Of a stretch of 64,000 nucleotides of DNA, positions 13,501 through 25,500 are shown piece by piece. A model generated the notes under the pieces. That model made no database searches, was not told the origin of the DNA, and worked only from the letters and a program-made list of their open reading frames with translations. The translations under genes and the position numbers were made by a program. Within the stretch, counting starts at the first letter, position 1. Each line of letters starts with the position of its first letter. Source of the DNA: Schmidtea polychroa (taxonomy: Eukaryota); the NCBI GenBank assembly GCA_044892525.1, contig CM097885.1:34102001-34166000 (forward strand), in the 5' to 3' direction.

Positions 13501-16500
13501 GATTTCACTGAAATAGAGAACCCAACAGATGACCTTATGAAAGAAATACTTTCAACATCGAAAGATTCTCCAATAGGTTACTTTATAGAGTGCGACCTCG
13601 ACTATCCAGATGATATAAAATCAGGAACAAGATATTTTCCTTTAGCTCCCATAAGAAGAAAGATTGATATCAACGAACTTTCTGAATGGCAAATCTCACA
13701 AGATAAACCTCCAACAATGAAACTTCTTTGTGATCAAACAGATCGAAGGTTTTTTCTTTGTCACTATAGACTCCTCCAATTTTATCTCTCACGAGGAATG
13801 ATATTAAAAAAAGTTCATAGTGTCATAAGATTTAAACAAGCTCCATTCATGAAAGCTTTTATCGAGGAGAACATTAGGTGTCGAAACATTGCAAAAAGAG
13901 AAGGTAATCTTTTTAAAGATAATAATTATAAAATTTTAAACAATTCAGTCTTTGGGAAGACAATGGAGAATGTTGATAAATATACTCATATTGAACTCCT
14001 AACTAATACTGCCAAAGATATTAAGCGTTATAATCGTATGCTAGGAAAGCCTACATTTAAAAACGCACAAGTATTTTCTGAAAATCTTACTGCAGTAGAA
14101 TTAAAAAATTATGAGAAAACATATAACAAACCAATATTTATAGGGTTTACAATTTTAGAACTTTCAAAATTACAAATGTATGAAACATATTATAACATCT
14201 TACAACCTATATACGGAGCAAATATATCAATGCATGCAATGGATACAGATTCAATGTTTTTAACAATAAGAACTCATGATTTACAAAAAGATATGAAAGA
14301 AAATCCTATACTTTCAAATTTAATAAATTCATCTGGAGAACTATTTTCGTTTAAAGATGAAAAACCTTTTACTCCTATAGAAAATGGAATATTTATTCGT
14401 GCTAAACAATATTCATACGAAACATTTAGAAACCCTGAATTTATAACTAGATCATTTATATTTAAAACTCCAGAAACAGAAGAAACCATTACACATAGAT
14501 ATCCTATATTTCCTAAAGAAGAAAAACCCGTAAAGGATAACAGATGTAAAGGAATACAGAAATCAGTTGCAAAGAATCTTTCTCATCAAGATTATATAGA
14601 TACATTGAATCCAAATCATAAAGATAAAATTGATGAAATACATCAACTTAAAAGTGAAAACCATGATATTCACTTGATAGAATCTCAAAAAGTATCATTA
14701 TCAAATTATGATGATAAGAGATTCATCCTAAGTGATTTAAAGACAACTCTTCCTATAGGAAATAATTTAATACCGATAATAAAAAATCTAGAAAAGTTGA
14801 ATAAGTTATATGATACAAAGATTACTGATCTTGATATTTATAATGTTGAAATTATTTATCCCGAGAGAGAAATCGAGAAACCTTTATATTCTCAAGTTTT
14901 TAATCCTATATGTTTAGAACTTAAATATTTTAATACTGATCCTGAATATATAAAAGGTCTAAGTGATAAAGAATTTAAAGATCATAAATTAATGATTCAT
15001 AGGTTGGCTTTCAACCATAACTGAAACCAACGATATTTAATTTTTTAATAATAAAATGTCGACAATTAATTTAAGCAACTATAGCAACCTGATCTACTTT
15101 TTTAAAAATACACCCATTTTATAAGTAAGAATTCTTTAACCATTTTTCTCGAGATGTTTTTTTATTACTTATAACATTAGCCACCATGCCCTCCCTTTTT
15201 AATCTTATAACCTCATTCTTTATATCTTGTATTATTTGATTTTATTTCATTATTTCTTCGTCTGTCAGGATTCCATCTTCCAAAGCTTTTAATTTAAATA
15301 AAAATAATTTAGAGATTCCTAATTCTATTGATAAACAAACTTCTCTATATAAACTTTTCTTTTTAGAAGTATAAGATAATGAAACTATTTCAGTTAAGAA
15401 ACCATCAGCCACAGAAATACTTCCAAGTATTACAGGTGCAAGAGTAACAACTGGTAAAGTTATGGGTAAAATAACTGTTAATATTGCAGATGCAAATCCT
15501 AAAGAATAACCTATAACTTTTAAAACTGTATTCCCTTTATTCCATCTATTTTTAATTTTTTTATAATGCTTTAATAAATCTTGTAAATGTAAGGTTTCTG
15601 ATTTAAATTCTTTTACTCTCATAATTTCAAGTTCTGTGGGAGCCGAGGCCTTGGAACCTTTGTGACCTTCGGAATAATATCCTGATGATCTCAATTCTGG
15701 GTAAATTTTTTCTTGTCTTACTTCTTCCATTTTAATAATTAAAAAAATAAAACTTTATTCTTCTGAGCACCATCTGGCACCAATACTCGGATATCAAAAG
15801 AAACTCTTGTTGAGAGGATATCTTTATACAATTCTCTCAATGCTTTACGAACTTCATCAACATCAACCTTTTTTTCATAAAATATTAAATCTATATATTG
15901 TACAAGTGAACTAGAAAAATGAATATTCTTACTTTTAACTTTATGTAGTCCATGTGAATGAGTATTAACATACCAATCTCCGTGTGGTAAATCATAACTA
16001 GTCATTATAACATCACCCTTTTCAAGCTTACTATTATAATCACATTTCACAAACCATTTCATTCTTTCATTATCATCATCAAACAAAAAGAAATAAGGAT
16101 CAATAATTTTTACAACCATAAAAACACCCCATTCTTTACTGTTTGTTGTTATTAAACTTGGTTCTATAAAATGTTTATATGTATGGGGTAATAATGTTTT
16201 ATTCTGTTCTAATTCAGCAGCTCTTTTTCTAATACTATGTGTGGTGTTAATGTGTGTTCCATGAGACTCTAAATTTGAAATTCTTTTATTAAATGATGTA
16301 ATCATCTCATTTATTATTTTATATATTGTATTAAATTTAGTATTCATAATTTGTTTATCTTTAGAATTTAATATAGCAGTATTTAACTTTACAACTTGTT
16401 CAGTTAACAGACTTTGTAACTTGTCAAATTTATCATTAAATCGTTGTTCGATATTATTAAGCTTTGATTCCATTGAATCAATTTTTGTTGTTAATGAACT

Positions 16501-19500
16501 TTCAATTCTTGTTGTTGTTAAATCAGTATATTTTTTAACACCATCTACATATTTCTTATTAACTGCATCAGCTTCATCAGTTGGAAAAGATAATTCTTTT
16601 ATCTTGTGTCCATTTAAAATTAAATCACCCTTCATTGAATCACCTCTTTCATTAATATATTTATTTTCTGTTAAAGTTAATATTTCTTCTGTATTAAACC
16701 CTGTTTTTATTGTTCCACCACCTCTATTACATGGAATATAAGAACTCATTTATTAATAATTTAAAATGGACGGAGTCCCCTGAGAGGAACTAAACCTGTT
16801 TCAAATGTAAATACATTGAAATCTCTTCTCCATTAAAATCAATCAATTCTCCTTCTTGATTAAGAATTTTAAAATTAATATCCATTATATATTTTCTACA
16901 TAAAGGTAATTAATTTGGAGGATTCATTCTTTCAACTATTTTATATCCCATAGGAACTGTGTTTGAGGGAAAGGAATATAAAACATTTGTTTGTTTACCA
17001 TTATTATAAGAACCTGTTATACAATCGCAATGAATATTTATTGTGTTTGTATTTATTATTTTTATAATATGTTCTGATGTTATTATTTTATCTTCTTTTA
17101 TTGTTATATCCATAGGTTTAAATCCTAAAACTGTGTGAAAGAAACAATTATCTAAAAAACTAATTTTTATATTCTTCAAAGTCATTACACATTTTGAAGT
17201 TGGTATATCCATTTTAATTTTAATACCTTCATTTGTTTTTTTAGAAAGTATATCATTTAAATCTTTTATCTCATATGCCCCAGGTTCTATTGTTATAATT
17301 TCTGGTTTATGCCCATCACGAGTTTGAATAGTAAATTTATTATTATCTTTAGTTATATTAAAAATAGTATTATAAGCACAAAACCATAATAGCCCCAATT
17401 CATAATTTAAATTTTGATCTAATTTAATTGAATCTTGAAAGTTTATAGTAAAGTCTGATTCTTTTGAATTTATAGATAAAGTTCTTGAATATTTATCTGA
17501 CATTATGTTTACCATTTTTTTTAAATTATCTTCCGGAGGGTTGTGAAGCTCCATTTCTTTAGTAGTAAATTCATATAGTAAAAATCCTTATAGTAAAAAT
17601 CCTTATAGTAGAGATTCTAGATCATTATAAATTTCTTGAATTATAGATTCAAAATCCTGTGCATGCCCCTTTCCCTCTCCCTTATTCAATCTATACAAAA
17701 CATATAAACTTAAAATACCACATATTTTAGTATTCAAAGGTTGAACTTGTAAAGAGTTAAAAGTATAACCATTTGGGGAATCAATCGGAGAACCCCTCAA
17801 GAGATAATCTTCAACTTCTTTAGTAGGTTTAATCCCAAAAGAATCAAAGTAGATAGATTTCTTATATATACAAACCCAATGAGATCCTTTTTCATTTGAA
17901 TTTTGATAATTGATTATTATATTCAGGGGACTCTCCAGACTTGATAATTCATCATTCATTAATATTTTAATTTTTAAATTTAAATAATTTGCATAATCTT
18001 TTAAATCAAAATTTGTTTTTGCATTTATTCCAAATGTTTTTAAAAAATCTAATATTGAAGGAGTCATTTTGTATTTTAAAACTTCGTATTTATAACTTCG
18101 TATACTTATTAAATTTATCTTTTGAAATTATTCCTTGTTTTAACAAATCTTTAGAAATCTTTAAAATATCAGAATCTAAATTATTATGTCCTGCTTTCCT
18201 TGCAGCTAATAGTTTTCTTAATTCAATAAAAAGATTGATGGGATTTGGTTTACCACCTTCACTAATTAATCCCTCTCCCTCTGTAACAACATAACCCTTT
18301 TCATTTTTATTTAAATAATTCTTTAAATCTTGAATATATTTTGCTTTAGAACTAGCTCTTATTAATCTTATTAAATTTAAATATTTTTTAATTTCTTCAA
18401 CATCATCTGAAGAATATCCACAAAGTAATCTATAAAAATCATCTGTAAATTCAAAGTCTAAATATTCATTATTATAAACATTTTGTGAATGAATACGTGA
18501 TTTATTTTCTGAATTTGAATATAAAGTAAAGTTTTGTTTATTAATTGTTATTATTTGATATCCTTCAGTATTAGTATTAAATGTGGGTCTAATTGAAGGT
18601 AAATCATCTCTAATTTTAGGATCAACTTTAAGAGCTTTTGTTTTTAAAAACATTTCTTCTTCTTCCACATTAGAAATTCTTCTGCGTTTTCTTTGATTTC
18701 TTTCAGAATGACTTTCAGGATGGTTTTCACTGGATTCTTTTTCTTTATCCTGCCACTCTAGTTCTTTTATTTTTTGTTTTTTATCTTCTAACTCTTTAAA
18801 TTTTGCTTGCTCATTGAAATCTTCCAACTCTTTTATAGCTTTAATTGTTGGCCCCTGTTGTTGTGTTATTACCTCATTTAATATTATAGATTCAGCATGT
18901 TGAGTTGTATCTTTTTTATTATATTTATCTTGTTCTGATTGTAATTTTTTTAAAAGTGCTAATCTTTCTTCATATACCATTTTAATGGTATCAAAAATGG
19001 TATCATAGTTCGAAGGGCTTCAAGTATAATCCTTTACCATTTTTAGTTTTACAAAGGCATCCATTCTTTAAAGGTTTACATATTTTTTTTAAATCTTCTT
19101 TATCTTTTGAAGATAAAGATTCAGATGTAGAAATTTGATTTTTTAAAAAATCATTTAAACCTCTACCTTTATAAGGATCAAGATAGAGACCTTTGCCCTG
19201 AGACTTTTGCCGACTCCCCTCATATGGATTAAGATAGAGACCCTTTCCAACGGACACTCCCCCTTTAGCTTGCCCTACCTTCTTCATTGAATCGATTTCA
19301 GTTTGTAGTTTTTCTTTTTCTAGGTCTGTCTTTTGAGATTCTTTAGCTTTTTGAACTGTAGTTGCAATTCCTCCAGCTATTCCAGCAGCACCTGATAAAC
19401 CAGCAATGATTGCAGGTATTAAAGCAGCTAATGGAAGAATGCCACCTTCTTTAGCTTCGTGGAGCTTCGCTCTAACTTGTTCTTTTACATGTTTTCCAAT

Positions 19501-22500
19501 AAAATATTTTTTACCATCAATTACTACTGATTTATTTTTATTTGAATTTATTAATTCTTGCAAAGATTCTTCAGTTGTCATTTTATAATAAATAAAAATG
19601 GATACTTGGAAACCAATTTTAAATAGACATAAGAGTAAATTTAATAATAAAGTATTTCCTGATAATTTTAGATTATTAATTGTTGGTTCTTCTGGATGTG
19701 GAAAGAATGTACTTGTTTTGAGAATGTTACTTGAAGATGATTTTTTAGATTATAATAATTTAATCTTTTATTCTACGACCATAAATCAACCAGAATTACA
19801 ACTTTTGAAATGTGGATTTGAAAATAAATTAACTAAAAAAGCAATAATTGATATTTTTAAAAATCAACATAGGTGTCCTGAAGAAGTTTTTCAACCTTGT
19901 GATATGGTTGATTGGTATAAGGAAAAGATTTTAGAATCAGATATTAGTAATAAAAATGATTATATTTGTGAAGAAGGGCAGGAGGCAATTCAAGTTTTAT
20001 TCTCTAATAAACCTGAAGATGTTTTACATTGTGATTTACTTCCTAAAGATAAAAAGAATCTAGTTATATTTGATGATGTTGTTAATATGAAAAATCAAGA
20101 GATTCAAAAGAGTTACTTTACACGAGGTCGACATAATAATTGTAATGTTATTTATATATCTCAAACATATTATGCTTTAGATAAAAATTCAATAAGAAAT
20201 AATTCCAATTGTTTTATATTTTTTAAATTAGATCGCCGTGATAAGAATATGATTTATAATGATTTATTTTCAAATGTTGAACCTGATAAGAATATGTTTG
20301 ATATGTTTGTTGATAATCATTGGAAAGAAAAATATAATTATATTTATTTGGATAGAGAAGAAGCTGAAATATGGAAAAGTTTGTTTTAGGGCTTGTCGAC
20401 TTAAAAACCTGTTTTCTGTAGTTCATTATTATAAAATCTACCTAATATTTTTTCATTATTTAAATCAAAGATGCTATATGTTATTGGAGTTGTATAATGT
20501 ATTTTATTTATAATAAAAATTTCATTTGTCCATTTTGCTGTGAATCCTTTTTCAAATTTATTTTTATATTTAAATATTCTTACTCGGTCACCAATTTTAA
20601 ACTTTGGTTTTTCAATAACATCATTTTCAATATTTACCACTTTAATGGTTTCAGGCTTCATGGAAGCATTTAAAGGTGTTAATTTTATAGAACTATGTAC
20701 ATCATTATTATATTCATTTACAATCTTTTGTAACAATTCATTGTTCCATTTTTGTTTTCCAATAGCAGTAAAATATTTCCACATTTTATTTTTTAATGTT
20801 CTATTTAATCTTTCAACTACGACTGCTTTTCCTTCGTTTTCTGTTGAATATAATTTAATATCATTTTCATTTAAAAACTTTGTTATAAAATTCTGTTCCT
20901 TTATCACTCCATAAATATTTTGGAATTCTTTGATGTTCTTCAAATATATTTTCAAATGCTTCTGTAATGGAATATCCTGTTTTATTTTCTAAACACCTTG
21001 CAAAAGCAAATCTTGTATATAAATCTATTACAGTTAAAATTATTTTATATTTTTCAGGGTCTGATGATTTGGGCATAAAGACTAAATCTGCAGACCATGT
21101 TTGATCTTTTTCATGTACTTGAACTTTTAAATATTTTTTATTTTTTCTAAATTCATGGTGTAATTCCTTTGCATATTTTATTTCTGATTCTGTTGGGGTT
21201 TGTAAACTAGCCTTGGATATATTCTCAAGGGATCTTTCAATGTCTGCTTGTTCGATAATCTTTTAATAAGCAACATCTTTTGCTATTCTAGGAAGTCTTG
21301 CACCCATGGTGATCGGACTGTGTCCTAAGCCTATGAAAATTTTACCTTTCATTGCTAATTTAACTAGAGCTCTTTGAATCTTTTCTTGGGTTGATGGATT
21401 TTGGATACTATTTAAATCATGTATTAAATTCACATCTGCAACATGTCTATCTCTAAGATTTGTTGAATTGTATGCAATGTCATGTTTTAAAGCTGCTTGA
21501 TCAATTCTATTTATTGGTTCTTCTCCTTGTTTGGGATTATTATTTTCATCTAATCTAATATCTAATCTTGTTCCTGGTCCGGTGTAGTTGTGTTTAAATA
21601 AATGTCTTTCACCTGGATATTTTTCTGTAGTAAAAGGTTTTAATATTGAAGATGTTGTTTTTGAAGATTGTAGAGCGCCTCCTGTATGTTTTTTAGTTTT
21701 TAAATGACTTGCTTTATGATGTCTTGTAACTTGACAATTACAAGTTTCACATCTCCAATAGGGTTTATTTAAAGACATTTTAAAATGTTAAAATATCAGG
21801 GATTATATCAAGAATCTCCCCTAACATTTTCGATTATTGAAATCTTTCCACCATATAATTTCATTTCTATTTTCTTTTCTTCTAATATTAATGTATATAC
21901 TTTAGCTTTAAAATTAGAATCCTTTGTTACATGAAGTGTAACATCAACATTATTTATAGCTAGACGATCATCTTGATCTGATACATTTATACAAAATATA
22001 GAATATAAATTTTTGAAATCTTCTAAACTTAATTGCGGTTCAACTTTGAAATCATAACATGTTTCAATATAATTTAGATATGGGAATATGTTTTCATTAT
22101 TTTCAATATTAAATTCCATTCTATTTATTGGATAATAAGAACTATTTAATTGAATTTGGATTGTTTTTAAATTATCATCTCCAATCTTTTGAATAAATAG
22201 ATTGTTATTTTTTTGGAAAGATGAATCTGTTTCTTTAAATCCAATCAAGATATATCTTGGTCGGTATGCTAAATTTGCTACCTTTATAGAATATGTTGAA
22301 CCCTCTGTCATACTAAATTCACTACAGATTCTATTTAAATAATTTACATTTATAGACTTGTTGGAATTTAATCTTTCAAGGAGTTTAATCTCAGAATGTG
22401 GGTTTAATGTCCATTCAGGTATATGTAATTCAAGTGTTGATAATTTTAATTTAGCTTTTGTATCAACAGCTCCATAGAACAATCTTTTATCACCTTCTAC

Positions 22501-25500
22501 TCTATTACAGATGAATTCTATAAAAACATTATGAAGTATACAATTATAGTTTTGAAGGAATCCAAACAAGTGTTTTAATTCAAAATAACCTTCAAATTTT
22601 TTAGATTTATAAAGTTCAGCTCTTTTATGGTAACCATGGTTTACATCTAAACCATCTTTATCTAAATCCCCTTTATTAACATCAGGAATCCAACCTGTTA
22701 ATTCACCATATTCGTTTTTATAATCACAACCAGTCAAAATAAAATTTAACATTGTAGAATATACTCCCGGATGCAAAACAGTTTCAATTTCTGATGATCC
22801 TAGTTTTAATCTCATGTTGGAGAATAAATTTGGAAAGAAATTATTTTCTAGGGTTATATCTTTGTTTGCTTCAATTTCTAATTCGATTTTATAATATAAT
22901 TTGGCATTACAAATATCTATAGGGTTTGATGTTTGAAGAGATTGAAAAACTATATCACCCCTACGATTTAAGTTTGCAATAGATCCTGAAGTTGGGGAGA
23001 TTTTAAGTACATCGTTTTTCTTGATTTCGTGAGTAAATTCTTTATTATAATCAAGATTTAATTTATTTTTTTCTTGAATTTTAAGATTTATATTATTCAT
23101 TTTTATATATTAAAATTTACACACACAAAATAGGATTAATTAAATATATTATGTAAGCCATTATAGCGGAGTGGGAATAGGCTTCAATTTTATCACCGGG
23201 AGTACCGGGTTCAATTTTCGATTTTGGTCAATTTTTTTCGATATTTTTTTTCAACGGAATCTGATTTTAGTATATATTTAAATTTTCAGATGGATCTGAG
23301 TGGTAGTTGTCGAGAAAATGAATAATTAATTATTAATTTCATCAATAAATAGTCACACATTAACAACTTACTTTATATTGAGTATAGCTCTAATAGCTTA
23401 GTGGTAATAGCACTCAACTGCATTGCCAATACCAATGGGTTCAAATCCCATTTCGGTCATTTTTTTTCAAATATTTTTTTTAACGAAATATTGATCAGCA
23501 TACTCGATTTAGTACTTGTACAAATTTTTAAGGAGATTGGTCAACGGCAACTCTTGGAAATTTAAGATCAAAAACGTTTTAACTACCAAAAATTAATATA
23601 TCCAATAAAAAAATATTTATAAAAATGGATGAGTTAAAAGAAAGAATGAGAAATGAATTGAATGAAGTTAAACATAAGAGAATGAAAAGAAGAGAAGAAG
23701 AACCATTAGAATACATCAAAGAGTTGATGGTAGATAATGAAAAGTATCGACATTTTTATATGAAGGTTGTAGATGTTGCTGATATAAGATTGAAGAAAAT
23801 GAAACAATTACAGGAAAGAGTTAAAGAACTTGAATCGATTATTTATAGTCTAAAAAATGACAAAAATTCAAACCTTGATGGCGCAGTGGGAATAGACTGG
23901 CACAGTGGTTCAAATGGATAGTGGTTCAAATCACATCTGAGGTTAGTTTTTTTTCAACATAAAATAATATTAAAAATTTGAAAATAATATTGAAAATAGT
24001 GTGGGTATCTTATATTTATAAAGTACTTGTATATTTTATTTTATTTATTTTATTTTATTTTATTTTTTTATTAATTAATTATTTTTTAAACATAAATATG
24101 AAAAAAAAAATATTGAAACGGGTGATGGTGGCGAACCCGTAATTATCGCCACCTGTCTTTCGAACACCCCCGGATCGATCCCGGTAATGTGCACATTTAT
24201 TTCTCGGTTGTTTTCGGACCTCTTTCGGATTCGCTTTCGAATTCATTTGTACTTTCGAGCAGCACACTTAAAACGCCGATGAAATCGTATTCGAGCGAGA
24301 AGCGAATAATAAGGTGTGCTGCTATTATCGAATTGATTCTGATGTATGAGTCTGGCCAGCTTGTATATTGGAAGAGATTTGATAAACGAAAGAGGTTGAT
24401 AAATAAAAAAATGATCCGGATCAAAAAAACTGTTAAAGGGGACAGTGATAAAAAAAAAAAAAATACCACTGTCCTCTCAGAGCAGTTTTACTATTTTTCA
24501 TTTATTTTTTAATTTATATAATTTAAAATCAATAATCTGATAAAGATCAACTCCGGAGTTTGATTGCGATCAAAAGTAGTGTGTATATAGCCCTATCCCA
24601 AATAGCCCTCTAACTTTTTCATAATGCCATTTTCTTTTCTATTCTCTTTTTAGTTTGAAGCTTTTGAGTTTGAGGCTTTAAAGATTAAGGGTGGTTGTTG
24701 TTTAAAATATGGGGTTAAAATACTATAAAAACATAGGTTTTATGTTGTTTTTCTAATGGTTTAAGCGTAATGGAGGTATGTTTTTGTTGGGAGGGCTGTT
24801 TGGGTTGGGTATATATACACACTACTGTCGTGTATAAAGAGAAAAATGATGAACAACATGACAAGATATTATTGTTGCAAATTACCTAGATTCTTCATAT
24901 TTATCATTGCAGTCAGTCAACTCAATTCAAGCCTTCATTTATGTTGTAATAATTGTTCATGGTTTGTAATAATTAATTGATTGTCAATGCACTTTGACAG
25001 TTTAGATATTTATTGATTAAAAAACTCAATGAGTCAGTAACTGTCGACTATTAATTTTAATGAAATACCCACCAAAACGAATGATATAAAAATTAAATTT
25101 AAACATTATTTGCAGAAACTAATTTTGATAAAACCAATTTGTTTATAAATGTTTTTTATCTCTTCCATCGAGCAAAATCAATATTTCCTTAAGAATTTAT
25201 CAAAAATTTAATAATTTCATGTGTTGTCTGATCTGTGTTACGGTGCAAATTATTTGACAGTTGTCTTGAACTTTTGGAATTTCAAATATTATTCTTGGGA
25301 AATTAATCATTGAAATTCCAGAAGTCTGAATCAACAAATTTGACTATATATATATATATATATACATACATTATTTTTACTAGAAATATTGTAATATAAA
25401 TATTTTTATAACAACAATATTATATCAAATAATAATTCTAAATAAAGAAAGGAAACTTTAATAAGTATTTGAAATTGTAAAATATTCATTAATTTCCGAA

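Larger units (their letters stand above)
9466..24826. mobile_element. Polinton/Maverick (adintovirus-type) element A
   Basis: ~1-kb TIRs, right end ...CACACTACT, and hallmark genes pPolB, integrase, A32 ATPase, adenain, major and minor capsid. Confidence 0.97.

Noticed and set aside
11214..20914. Antisense ORFs within Polinton genes
   Set aside because: Shadow frames of real genes on the opposite strand.
15242..21265. TAA reassignment (alternative genetic code) suggested by three in-frame TAAs
   Set aside because: TAA also ends several genes normally in the same element, and a frameshift shows ordinary decay.
23387..23459. Functional tRNA-Cys gene
   Set aside because: Acceptor stem and anticodon arm do not pair canonically; kept only as a tRNA-like Pol III unit.
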